From: Amoebidium appalachense
Taxonomy: Eukaryota > Protista > Ichthyosporea
Reading direction: 5' to 3'
NCBI GenBank assembly: GCA_963693365.1
Contig: CAVNZM010000014.1
Coordinates: 2,046,001-2,110,000 of the forward strand
Length of the DNA: 64,000 bases
Shown here: piece by piece, positions 1 through 12,543 of the stretch
Layout: each line of letters starts with the position of its first letter
Position numbering within the stretch: the stretch's first letter is position 1
The notes under the pieces: generated by a model
Database searches by the model: none
What the model saw: the letters and a program-made list of their open reading frames with translations, nothing else
What the model was told of the DNA's origin: nothing
Position numbers and translations under genes: made by a program

Positions 1-157
1 ATCAATTGTCATTACATTATCTTCTTCCACCCCCCCCCCCCCCCCCTCCCCCCTCCCCCCACCCCCCCTCACACACACGCGCGCGCGGGCGCACCCACCC
101 ACCCACCCTTTTTTTCCCCCTTGCATCTGTCTTCCCCCCGCCCCCCCTCCCCCCCCC

Positions 158-188
<31 letters not shown>

Positions 189-334
189 GAAATGACTGTC
201 TTTTTGGTGTGTGTATTATGGTTTAGCACTTGGCACTCTCTTATGATGTGTAGCAATTTTCTATTTTGACTTCGGTTATGCCTGCGACAATGATGGTAGT
301 TTCGTATTGTATGCTCTGTACGTACACGTAGGAT

Positions 335-365
<31 letters not shown>

Positions 366-1041
366 ACACACGTGCACTCACATGCACATACACGCGTGGG
401 TACACATATACACACACACACGACTCATACACACACGTACACACACACCACACGTACACAACACATATACGCACACCCACACACACGCACGTGCGCGTGC
501 GCGCACCAAACACCCAAACCGACAATTTATAAGAAGTGGAATTTGATCCATGTGCTTGCATGCACGAACGTACACACACACACACCGATATGGGTACACG
601 TGATCAACACACACGTGGTGCTAGTAGCTAATCTATAAACAAATCATCATAGCTTTGTATCACGATTCTGCGTGTTTTTTTTTTTTTTTTGGTTTGTTTT
701 GTTTCACTCCAGTGTGTAGATCAGTTCTTGTTTGTGAGGCGAAGTAAGAGAAATCCGTTGTATCGCGAGAATGTATGAATGACAGTTTTAACAGTATTTG
801 GACGGAAAGTAGCTTTAAAATTAAGGCTTAAAAACGTATCTGGATACTGGTTCTCATTCCTAACTGATAGCAAATTCGGTATAGTGTCCCTCTGCGGACA
901 TGCGGAATAAAAATGTGCATCTTCAAAGATTTTATTGGGATACTCGATCTCGAGCTCCGAATATTGTACATGGGTGCACATTAGGTAGAATGATATTTGA
1001 CGATGTGTGCATGATCGGCACGGAATTTTGCATTCTGTGCT

Positions 1042-1123
<82 letters not shown>

Positions 1124-1372
1124 CGCGCGCGCGTGCGTTAGACCAGCAATCAAAATCTGGGGCTGAGGTGACCCCACAAGCCACTGCAGCCCAGGACAGA
1201 GAAAAAGAGCTTGAAGCGTAGGTTCCCATATTTCTTTGCAGTAAAACTCTTTCACTTCTCGCCCTTTTCCTCTTTTGCCCCCCAAGTACCCTACGCTTGG
1301 TTTCCCCCCCCCCCCTCCCCCTCTCCACCTTTTCCTCTCTCCTCAGTTCCACATGTCACTTTCCCCCCTTCA

Positions 1373-1403
<31 letters not shown>

Positions 1404-2210
1404 TTCCCCCCTTCTCACCACAGATTTACTACACATGCATACACAACACGCCGTCCGGGATATGGATGTATGTACCGTGAAAAACACGGAGTTGATATAC
1501 AACAGCACGTGTGTGTGTGTGTGTGTCTGTGTGTGTGCTTGTGTCTGTGTGTGTGTGCGCGCGCGTGTGCGTGTGCGTGCGTGTGTGTGTGTGTGTGTGT
1601 GTGTGTTTGTGTGTTTGTTTGTGTCTGTAGGAGTCTTTGTCTGTATCTGTGTGTCAAATGCATGCGCGCTAGTGCGTATCTGCCTGTCTGAGTGTGAGCG
1701 CGCACTCCTTAGCGTACGCCGCATGTGGTTGTGAATTGCACATTGTTTGTATGCGAGTACATGTGTGAATGTGTGTACTTGTTTGTAGTAGTACGATGCT
1801 GCACTTGCAAGCCAGCTCTCACAATCTTATGGAATTCATCGGAACATTTTATTGTGGGAGTTTTCAATGCTGTGCAGACTCTTTGCTGGTGTCCGCAAAA
1901 GTGTTAGCTAACCAACAAACTAGTTGAATCCATGCTGTGGCCTCTAGTCACGTATCCGATATTCGCGTCACTCTATGTACGTATCGGAATATTATTCCGT
2001 TCTTTGTCACATATTATTCCGTTCTTTGTCAAGTAAAATTTAAAATATGTTCGGCATGCCACAACCAGTAGCATGTCCTAGCCATTGCATACAAAAAAAA
2101 AATACAGTAAAAGTTAAAAATTGATGTTAACAACAATCATCCCCATGGGCTAAACCACTTGTTTCGTACGGTAACCCATTTTCAGACAAATATTTACAAT
2201 TTACGCAAAT

Positions 2211-3602
2211 TTACGCAAACGGATTTCCACCGCAGTTGATAGCCTTGGAGCCAAACGACGCCAAGCTGCCAGTCAGAAGGCCAAAAATCAAACACGTGGT
2301 CACGATACTGTTTGCAACGGGGCGCTCGTGTCCCTTCACAGACGCGGGTGTGTAGTGCATGGCCGCATGGAAAACGTACCCGTTGGAAAGACCCAGAATA
2401 ATCTGGAAAGTAATAGGCCACGCGTCGTTCATGAACACCTTGGGCATTTGAGAGTCGACGAAAGTCGCAGTCGCCGCGTCATAACATTTTCCGTTACACA
2501 TGAGGAAGAGGGGGAGGAGGATTGTACGAAGGAAGGAAAGAGGTGCAACCCATGACCGTGGGCAGAGAATGAGCGGGGTGATAATACGACCGATAACGTC
2601 AAAAAGGTTGAAGAAGAGGAAAACGTAAACGGGCACCCACATGTCGCCGAAAAACCGGGAGGTGGACTGGGTGAGCGGGGCAACGGACATGGGAAGGACG
2701 GGGAAAATCATGAGCGTCATGCAGAAGTTGTACCACACGGCGAAAGACAAATCAAGTGTTTTGCGAATGATGTGCAAGAAACGAGCCGTGCTGACTTCAC
2801 CGGCGGCTTCACCTTCCTCTTCGCATTTCTCTTGTTCCTGTGCTACTGAGTCTAACTTAACTGACATTTGGTATGCATACCAGTAACGGAAAACCTCCGA
2901 ATTGATAAGCATCTGGTAGTTGATGAGGCATAGAACCAGGAGAGCGATAGACGTTGCGAAAAACGCGCAAGCGGCGGTTTGGATGTCGGTGGCGCCAAGC
3001 AGGGTGAAAATATTGATCATGGAAATGGTTACACCACCCCATGCCTCTCCCTGCACTGCCCAACCGGTATATTCGTCCGGGAGAAACGCGACGACGGAGT
3101 AAACACCGGGCTCCTGGAAACCGATGCACACAGAGCAGATAATAATGAGCGAGATGGTGATGTAGAAAAACGTGTCCCCGTGGGCAGCGTCGACATAGAC
3201 CAGCGCGAGGTGGACAATGAAAATCACGATTTCGATTATGATGGGGATAGAAACACGCGAGTGAAGACCGAGCTTGTGTTGCATGCGTGAAAACCCACCG
3301 GAGGTGAAAAAAAGAATACTGCAGTTGATGAACGTGAAGTAGTTCATGTAGTTGCCCATGAACTCTGAGCCCTGAAGCTTGTAACTCCAGTAGTTTGTTA
3401 TCGTCAAGCATGCGTTCCAGGGCAGAAGCATGCCCAAACCCTGAAGGAGGAACCCGATTTTGACGAGGTTATAGCGATCAACAGGTGGGTCAACATTTGC
3501 GGAAGATACAATGGCGTGGTTGGTGTCGAGTTCTGCGCCCATAGGTTTGCTGTCTGCCTTCAGCGGCGAGACAGAGTGAGTGGTTTCTGTAACGAGCTCC
3601 AT
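2211..3602 (-). CDS. Equilibrative nucleoside transporter (ENT/SLC29 family), intronless, about 463 aa
   Basis: Multi-TM ORF with ENT motifs: 'GLGMLLPWNACLTITNYW', 'FLFFNLFDVIGR', 'LGLSNGY' and 'GLLTGS'. Start placed at ATG 3602 (MELVTETT), because the upstream in-frame extension overlaps TATA- and CCAAT-like sequence. Confidence 0.93.
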   Translation of the reverse strand: MELVTETTHSVSPLKADSKPMGAELDTNHAIVSSANVDPPVDRYNLVKIGFLLQGLGMLLPWNACLTITNYWSYKLQGSEFMGNYMNYFTFINCSILFFTSGGFSRMQHKLGLHSRVSIPIIIEIVIFIVHLALVYVDAAHGDTFFYITISLIIICSVCIGFQEPGVYSVVAFLPDEYTGWAVQGEAWGGVTISMINIFTLLGATDIQTAACAFFATSIALLVLCLINYQMLINSEVFRYWYAYQMSVKLDSVAQEQEKCEEEGEAAGEVSTARFLHIIRKTLDLSFAVWYNFCMTLMIFPVLPMSVAPLTQSTSRFFGDMWVPVYVFLFFNLFDVIGRIITPLILCPRSWVAPLSFLRTILLPLFLMCNGKCYDAATATFVDSQMPKVFMNDAWPITFQIILGLSNGYVFHAAMHYTPASVKGHERPVANSIVTTCLIFGLLTGSLASFGSKAINCGGNPFA

Positions 3603-3764
3603 GATATCGATTATATCTGTAACTGTTAACGAACGAAAAAAATGTAAATCTATTAATCTAGCTAACTGATCCTGTGTGGGAAAGAGTGTTTTGTGTGCGT
3701 GTGTATTGTTGTTGCTGTAATCCGCACGTCTGCGCTCCTGAGCTCGGTTTATTGAGTTTGAATG

Positions 3765-3831
3765 TTTATTTATACTTGCGCGATCTAACAGTTGACACTT
3801 TGATTGGTGCGTGATTGCGCTATCTGATTGG
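3765..3831 (-). promoter_or_regulatory. Putative core promoter of the ENT gene (two CCAAT boxes plus TATA)
   Basis: On the minus strand: CCAATC at 3831-3826 and 3807-3802, then TATAAATAAA at 3774-3765, about 160 nt upstream of ATG 3602. Confidence 0.45.
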
Positions 3832-4344
3832 TTAAAACTTAGAGTAGTGTAGGGGAAATCTCGAACGAATCGAACGATCAATTTCGAAAGTATAAATATA
3901 GATTCTCGAGGTAGGGGCTGCTGAAACGTACGTGCTAACCAAATAGGTTCATTGGTATGATTGTTTCGAGACAATCTTATAGCTTATAGTCATGTTTTTA
4001 TAGATTTGTCTACATTCTAACAAGCTTTATGATCTATTTGAAGTTCCTCTCCAGAACTTTCGGAGTGGAGCTATTTTCAGCCTCACAGTCTAGATTTTGT
4101 GCCGTCTTTCTTTGGTATGCTCGGAATGCAATAACAGGCCTTTCGGGCTCGGACGTCCTGAGCTCGGAGGGCTTTGAAATCAGGGAAAACAAACTATGCA
4201 GGCGATTTAAAATAATCAATAAAAACCAAAACTCATTTAACTTCTCTAGGAATAAGCAGAACTTGTCGGAAGTATACTGTGTATGTGTTTTTGAGACAAG
4301 GAGGAGTCAGGAGGGGGGTATCCAGTGACATAAAAAAGATCTAC

Positions 4345-4565
4345 AAAAAAGGATCTGGCCGGGAATGCAGCGCGGTCATCAATACCCACTAATCAAATCC
4401 TGTTTCCTGTTTATCCGTTGTTTCCAAGCCGGTCCGTGCGCGGCCGAAGCTCCGGCTGAGGACCGGCTCCCGCCCCGGCCACTCAACGCTCAGTTTTGGG
4501 CCACATGTGCCCGTGGTGCTGCCCCAGCCCAAGTCTGCAGAGAAAGTGAGCATCTGCACTCTCAG
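4345..4565 (-). ncRNA. Candidate structured non-coding RNA of unknown family
   Basis: GC-rich island with nested stems: tggccgggg/tcccggcca, agccggtcc/ggaccggct, ttgggctg/tggcccaa and tgcaga/tctgca. It ends in T6 (4350-4345), with a second T6 at 4337-4332. Confidence 0.35.
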
Positions 4566-5189
4566 TTGCTATTTATTATTTTGTAGGCACTACTGTCAGT
4601 GTATGTAATGTAGTGGATACTGTTTGACTGCCAGATATATATTGATAGATCAACGAGAACAAGCAAAGACAGAATGAAACTGACGACTACTCCGTGGTAT
4701 TCAAAGACCGGGGCTCCAGTGGGACACTGTAACAATGTTGAGATGGGAGCATTGAACTTGTCCTGATGCCGATCTCCTTGTGTGTGTGTGCGAGCTCTCC
4801 GTCTATGTCTGCGGGGGACCGGGGTGCCCGGGGGGGTGGGGGTGGGGTGGGGGTGGGGGGTGGGGGGAGGGGGGGGGGGATTGGGGGTGGGTTGGGGGGG
4901 GGGGGGGGGGGGGGGGGGGGAGAAGGGGGGGGGTGAGGGGGGGGAAGGAGGGGGAAGGTCGGTACGGTTGACAGCAACCTCGAGGAACCGGGAGGACTTG
5001 GGCCGACAGGACTACCACTAAGTTTTTCTTCTTTTTTTCTGACTCGATCACTTTTTTTTTTCGGAGACTCCGCTCTAATTCATAACGGTTTGTTTTTCGA
5101 TCACGAAGCCTTCTTCGAGTGAGCACCGGGCCCCGCGGGTAGGAGAGAGCACAAAGAGCACGAAAGTGTATGTATTTGTACGGAGTTGG

Positions 5190-5596
<407 letters not shown>

Positions 5597-6036
5597 TGTT
5601 CACGTTTAATTTCGACAGATGCCATCGGATCCGGAGGGAAGGGGAGGGATAGTGTTGGGTAGAGGAACATGAGGGAAAGGCTTCGAAGTGGACAGCAGCA
5701 GCGTGGCTACCGGACACGTGTAGAGTGATGGTGGAGGGATATATAGGAGGAGGTATTGAATAATTGCCGAAAGAGGGTGCCCGGATATATCATACTGAGT
5801 GAGTATGATATAGGACTTGTTGTGTGTGTGGGGTTGAGTAGGGGGAGGGGGAGGGGGAGGGGACGGGTATAGATAGGTGGCAAAGGAGGGGGTAGGGGTT
5901 TGATTCGATCATAAAGGGTATGGACTGCATGGCATAGTTATTCAAAACCATGCTGAATCATCATCTACCGTACGCGTTACTAACAGCAGGACGACTTAAG
6001 AGGCCCTAAAAAAATTGAATTCGTCTAATATATAAT

Positions 6037-6226
6037 CCGGTGTGGCTGGGTTGAATACCCTGGGCAAAGCGTGTGCAAATAGTGAGGATTGTTTAAAGGT
6101 GTGTTAGCTTAGCTAATAATACCGTAGCACCATAGCTAGAGTACTGTCAGTGCTGGGTGAAAGACGGTAATCCCCCCTGAGGGCCCAAGGGGTCCCTCCG
6201 GGAACAAAACGGGATAAAATAAAAAA
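6037..6226 (+). mobile_element. Detached 3' end (truncated copy or SINE-like derivative) of the non-LTR element at 16975-19105
   Basis: Aligns by eye over about 190 nt to the reverse complement of 16975-17161 (e.g. ccctgggcaaag, ttagcttagct, gacggta, ccctccgggaacaaaacg.gataaaataaa) and ends in an A-rich tail. Confidence 0.75.
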
Positions 6227-6673
6227 TATTATATAATAATGCTGCAGCTAAATTAGGTCACCCAGGCAAAGTGTGCATCGTGTGACTATGTCACTTTAAG
6301 GGTATCTCGGAAATTATTGCCGTTTACGGTACTAAAATTTTGGAAAATCATAACTTCAATACATACATATATAGGAAGAACCAATTGTTGCACTTGATGA
6401 CGGCTACCATCGGATGACCAAAATGATTAACCCTTACTGCGCTATTATGATTCCGCTGGGCTGGCGTAATACTATATACATGTACAATGGTGCATTCTTA
6501 ACACTCTTAACAGTGGCACAGAGCTCTTTTCTTTAAATAAACTTTCTTTTTTCCATCCCTGTGTTCCTTTAAAAACTTCCTTCCTTTTCTCTTGTTCTTT
6601 CTTTTCTGCGTAACCGGTGTCATGGTTGTCATTGCGCTTTGGGGGGGAAGGGGGAAGCAGGGGCGATGGAAAA

Positions 6674-6714
<41 letters not shown>

Positions 6715-6959
6715 GGAGGAGGGGAGAGGAAGGGGTATGTGGGTGGGTGGGTGGCTGGAGGCGGGGCGTGGGGAGGGGGGAGGGGGGAGGGGAGGGGGGG
6801 GGGGGGGGGGGGGGTACCACTGGCGCGAGCTGGGAGAGGCTGGGAGGAGGGCAGGTTTTTTTTTATTTCTTAATTGTTTTTTTGTTTTTTTTTGTCGTTG
6901 TTGTTGAAACGGTTTGGAGAGAGTGGGGTTGTTGTTGTTTGTGTGTGTGTGTGTGTGTG

Positions 6960-6990
<31 letters not shown>

Positions 6991-8509
6991 TATATCAGGG
7001 GTGGTAAAGGTGGTCACCAAAAGTTTTCACTGAGTCAAGTCGAGGGAGTTGAGCCTGAAAGTAGTTCAGGATTTCACGTTCATTTTTTGACATCATTAGT
7101 GATTAACTCAGCTTAATCAAAACAATTTATTTCCCCTCCATCATCCTAACTCCACCTCCCCCCCCCCCCCCCCCCTCTCTCCCCCCCCCCCCCTTCCCCT
7201 CCCATGCACATACACAAACACACGCACTTACCTTTGGGTCCGGTCAACGTTTTATTGAATGCTCTCGGTATCGGCTTAACCTTTGCCTTCAAGTTTATCC
7301 AAATTATACAGAAGAGAAGGAGGAGGGTTGAGGTGTGTGGGTGTGTGGGTGGGTGGGGAGGTGGGGGGGGCGGGGAAGGGGGGAAGGGATAGGGGGGAGA
7401 GGGGGGAGGGGAGGGGGAGAGGGGGGGAGGGGAGGGGGAGAACAGGAGGGGGGAGGGTGTGTGTGTGGGGAGGGAGAGGGGGGGGGGGGGGGTAGTATGC
7501 TAACCACAAATTGGCCTGGCATCATGATCAACTGATTCAGAATAAACTGGATCTAGTTGTGTTTGGTGTGCTCTAAAAACTTTATCCTAGCGCCCTACAA
7601 GTTGGAAAGTTTGCGAGGAAATACAACTGCATAGCATGCTATGCCCCCCCCAAAATTGAAAAGGAAAGAGGGGGAGGGGGGCTGGGGAGGGGGGGGGTAG
7701 GTGGGAGGTGGGGCGGAGGGGGGGTGAGGGGGAGGGGAGGGGGGGAAGGGGGGGGAGGGGGGAGGAGGGGGGGGTTTCTGCCGCTGCGAATGTGGCACGG
7801 CAAGGCAGGCCTTGAGTGTCGAAGACATCTGTACATGCCGGCATAAGTAAAAACACTGCAACGATAATTACAAAAGAACGGTTGTTGGTAAAAAAAAAAA
7901 AAGTAGCCAAAGTCAATGATTAGCATGGGACCCCTCAGCCATGGCTGTCAGTGAGTGCCCATGGCCACACGCATTCACGCGGCGTTAAGTGTTTAGGTAA
8001 AGTGGTTTGGGGGGATGTCGCAGGCATATATTCAACGTTAAACCCCGCAAGTATCATCATCCCACTGGTGTAAGGGGGGGTTTTCATGCACCTTGTGGCC
8101 CAGGAGGGGGCACGCTTTCAAATTTGAAATACGGTGCACCAGCCGGCGCTTTGACATTTTCATGGCGCTACGGATAGAGCCTCTTTTCCCCCCCCTCCTC
8201 TCCCCCCCCCCCTTCCCCCCAAACCCAACTCATGCACACGTGTACACACAACATCCCTCTCCCCCCCCCCTCCCCTCCCCGCGCGCGCTTCCGGATCCGT
8301 TTAGGGGCTGGATGGCAGGCACACGAATAGAACTAATATTCAGTATGGGATTTCGGGAACTCAGTGTACATGCGACGTCGCCGACATGCATATGGTGATT
8401 AGTGGAGTATCGCAGAAGTTTCGGCCAATCAAATCGAATGATGTTCTAACACCACACACCTGTTTTCGGTTTTTAATTCGCTCTCGCAACCGCTTGGTAT
8501 GATGATTGT

Positions 8510-10926
8510 GTGAGTGCATTGAAATCATTGGGGCGTATGGGTCCGAATATAGTTATCACACCACCGGAGGAGGTTACGGATACAGCGAAGTATTTGGATG
8601 ATTATTATGGCGGCCTTTTTGCGAAACCCAACCTACCCGATCCGGCCTTTCCGTATATGTCCCAACCACCGGCGTGGCCCGCAGATACCACATTTCCAGG
8701 TGAGGTAGAAAGTTATTTTAATTCTTCTCATGCTTCTCATGTCCGCAAGGCTATTGGGCAACTTGCTTGGCGCAAAGCATGCGGACCGGATGCGTTACCG
8801 TGCGCGCTGTTTAAGGCGCTGTGCCCGCCTCCTAACCCACACAAGCAGAAGCGTGGTGAGGATCCCCCTTCACCTTTTGCGTATCTTGTTAGTGGGTTAT
8901 TTTTAGCCCTCTGCGAATCCGGTGTTGTTCCGGCCGGATGGCTCGAAACGGTGGTTAACCCAATCCGAAAGAAGACGTCGCACAGACCAATCGAATATTT
9001 CCGCCCCGTGGCTTTGAAGAATGTGTTTCGACGCCTTTTTGATAAGTGTCTTCTGTATGCCTTTTCCGGACATGAGCGCCTTAAACCGATTTTTTCGTTC
9101 TCGTGCCTACAAGGGGGTTTCGTTAAGTTAAATGCATACTCCTGCTACGGGCACGCGCTACTCCTGCATGATTCCATGGTCTCGGGCGCGCGGCATGTGG
9201 TGTTCATCGACCTTAAGAACGCCTACGACAGTGTTATTCCTCGCCTTCACTCGCGTAAGCGGGCGGCCTGCTCGGAGGCTGTGGCATAAGTTAGCCGCTC
9301 GGGGACTTCCATACGGGAAAGGGCGCATTCTGCAGGCCCTCTTCGACACCACATTCGGCCAAGCTATTCTTAATGGTGGACACACTCCTGGATTCACCCG
9401 CACGCGCGGTCTTTTGCAAGGCTCGCTGTTGAGCCCGGCTTTGTTTAACACATTTATTGACGATCTTGCTCTCGAACTCGAGTAATTTTACGATCCATTC
9501 GCCTGCACCATCCCGTCACTATTCTTTGCAGACGACATTGCCCTCGTCCCATCGTCCGAGCAGACAATCCATCGCATGCTCGGTTTGGTGGACGGATGGT
9601 GCGAGCGTAATATAGTTAAGGTGGGCATTACCAAATGTGGCACCTTCTCGGCATCAGCGAAACTTCAGCTATCCAATCGAGATATCCCAATCGTCCCGGC
9701 ATACAAATATCTGGGCATTCCTTTCACAGCAGCGGAAATCGACTTTCGGCATATCCTATCCGAACGAATCGCCCGGGCTCGCGCAGAGTTGCGGGTTAGC
9801 AGTGTTATTCCTGATGTAACCGTCGTCCACCCGGTTAATCGTCTTCATCTATATCACGTATTTCTGCAACCTACATCTGAATATGGTCTCCCATTGTTGG
9901 CCGTGGCTCCACCTGCCGCTAAGAGCCCTTGCGAGTTTGATTCGTTTCAAATGGAGCGCCTGCATTTCATATCGGGCACCCTTACAACCTTCAATTGTAT
10001 CGCGCCAAGTTGTTGCTTTTTGGGCTTACTACAGCCCGTGCTCGGATGTTTGAGTTACCTCTTCGGTTTTCTTTGCACCTTTCTCGCTTAACTACCCAAC
10101 ATCCTCTTCTCGTTACTTTTTTCACCACCGATTGACTCACCTATACCACCATATCAAGCACGCACAGACACCCAATAACCCATACAGACTCTTTTCCATC
10201 ATCCTCTTTCTATTCGTCCGTATAGATCTCCTTTATTTTTCGATCTGCAGATAGTGGGTGAGTATCGCACATTTTATCACGAAGTTTGGTCCACTTTAGA
10301 TCCTCAGGAAAAGCAAATCAATGATATTCCACAGCATCCTATTGATGTGTTTTTACGTTCTCTTAGGCTCTCCCTGTATGGTTCTTTTGGGCCGCTAGCA
10401 AGTAGCATTCCTTTCCATATTAGGAAACCTACGTCTCTGTCTGATTATTGTATTTCCCTGCCCAAGCTCAATGTTGCTTGGGCGGCCTTACACTGGCGTA
10501 TTAATCATGTATTTCATAACCGTAGCTGTCACTTCTGTGATACTAGATTCGATAGAAAGCACTTAGACCGATGTAGCATGTTAATCCAGATTGTTCCAGC
10601 TTCTGTTCGGCTGCAGGCATTTACCCGCTCTCCCAATATCACTACCTTAGACTTTCTGTTGAATTGCAAAAAGTTTGATATTTTCTCAGCAGTTTACTCT
10701 TGCATGGCTAATAACTTAGCAATTGTTGACTTCCGTAGTTGAGCTCATACGCGTGCAGCTTTTAGCATGTCTTACTGTATAATTCTCGTTTTTGGTATAT
10801 CTCATTGAATATCCGGTGGAGCTATCTCAGCGACTATCTCGTTGTGTCTATGACAACTGTACATATATCCATTCTTAGCCCTGTCTGATGCCCCGATCGA
10901 AATAAAATTCATTATAAAAAAAAAAA
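8510..10926 (+). mobile_element. 5'-truncated, disrupted non-LTR retrotransposon (RT plus C-terminal CCHC-like motif, poly-A tail)
   Basis: RT motifs KACGPDALP, FRPVAL, QGGF, FIDLKNAYDSV, GLLQGSLLSPALFNTFIDDL, LFFADD (about 9520-9540) and YKYLG. C-terminal CHFC..RKHLDRC. Frameshift near 9240-9280, stop near 9483, A11 tail at 10916-10926. Confidence 0.9.
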
Positions 10927-11301
10927 GTTTTCGGACTCAAGCGAAATGAGGTACGGGTTGTACAAAGGGATGTCACAGTGTCGCGGATCACAATAGATAG
11001 GCCTGGGCGAGGTGTTGAATGATTGCCGTTTTTTTTCCTTAAAAAAAAAAAAAGGTTGGAGCGACATATGCGATGGAGTTCGTGCACATATGTGTGTGCA
11101 GGGCGCCGGACCGGGTGTGTGTGTATTACTTAGCTATAGTGTGGGGATGCAAGGTAGTGGTGGTGGTGGTAGTGTTGGGTGGTGGCGGCGCCGGAGGGGG
11201 GGGGGGACAAAGGGGATGATCGATCGAGTGTGTGTGTGTGCTCATAGTGGGTGTATACCAGTATTGTGTGTGTGCGTACGTGTGTGTGTGTGTGTGTGCG
11301 A

Positions 11302-11340
<39 letters not shown>

Positions 11341-11384
11341 TTTTCGTGTGTGTGTGTGCACGCGCGGGCATGCGGGCGACTTGT

Positions 11385-11457
<73 letters not shown>

Positions 11458-11830
11458 ATGTGTGCGCGCAAGGTGAGCTCGAGAGGGAAGGGATGGGAGG
11501 GGGGTGATCTGACTTAACACAAACATAGTATTCACATATGCACTGTATGGATGGTGTACCTCCCTTTTTTCATGCTCTCCCCATTTTTGCTCACCTTTAA
11601 ATCTCTTTGTTCCTGCGCCCCATTCTGCACAATAGCTCTCCTAAGTACGTCCAATACAAACTCAATACCCTTTGTTGTTCAAAAACGAAATACCGTTTCT
11701 TGAACATTTTCACATTCAACCATGTGAAACATGTGCATTCATGTGTAGTTTTGATTTCACCTGGCAGTGTTTGCTTTCATTTTCATCCATGAATTGACAA
11801 TTTGCAAAAGGGGCAGCGGATATGTGGCGG

Positions 11831-11878
<48 letters not shown>

Positions 11879-11963
11879 CGTGTTTGTGTATGTGTGCGTG
11901 TGCGCGGGCGCACGGCACGTGTGGTGTTTGTGTGTGTGTGTGTGCTGAGTGTGGGTAACGGGG

Positions 11964-12003
<40 letters not shown>

Positions 12004-12091
12004 GGGAGGGAATGCAAAGCGTTGCACAATGGAACTGCGACCAGGGCAGATGAAGAGATGCCCTGGATCCCCCGGGGGGAGGGGGCGGGGG

Positions 12092-12126
<35 letters not shown>

Positions 12127-12302
12127 GGGGTTAAACAGGCATAAACGAATCTATTCAGTGTTTGGCCATTACTGATTCTTAGCAATCTTACAAACACTAT
12201 ATATGGTGCCTCTACAGACACCCAATGCTATATAAAAACATTTATATACTGTAACACACGAGACACAACAATAGTCATAACTCTACGGTGTATTAGGTAA
12301 AA

Positions 12303-12423
12303 AAAAACTCACTCAGATCCAAAAAATTGTGTGTGTGTGTGTGGGTACATAGGGTTAATAACTAGTAAAACTCACGCAGATCCAAAAAATTGTGTGTGTG
12401 TGTGTGGGTACATAGGGTTAATA
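12303..12423. repeat. Tandem duplication of an about 60 bp unit containing a (TG)n core
   Basis: aaaactcac.cagatccaaaaaattgtgtgtgtgtgtgtgggtacatagggttaata occurs twice. Confidence 0.9.
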
Positions 12424-12504
12424 GTGTCAATCAGCAGCTCTATATAATAAATCACTCTTGAATAGTTGAAAATGAGTTTCGTACATCCGTGTGTGCATGC
12501 ATGT

Positions 12505-12543
<39 letters not shown>

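Noticed and set aside
3603-3974. 124-aa N-terminal extension of the ENT ORF
   Set aside because: It starts at a non-ATG codon, overlaps TATA- and CCAAT-like sequence, and has no ENT similarity.
4345-4565. U3 snoRNA, SRP RNA or RNase P identity for the structured island
   Set aside because: No box A/D or terminal stem for U3, no AGG/AGCAG helix-8 loop for SRP, and no CR-I/CR-V motifs for RNase P/MRP.
10884-10903. Hammerhead-like string ctgatgc...cgaaa at the LINE 3' end
   Set aside because: The core deviates from CUGANGA, and no convincing stems I-III can be drawn.
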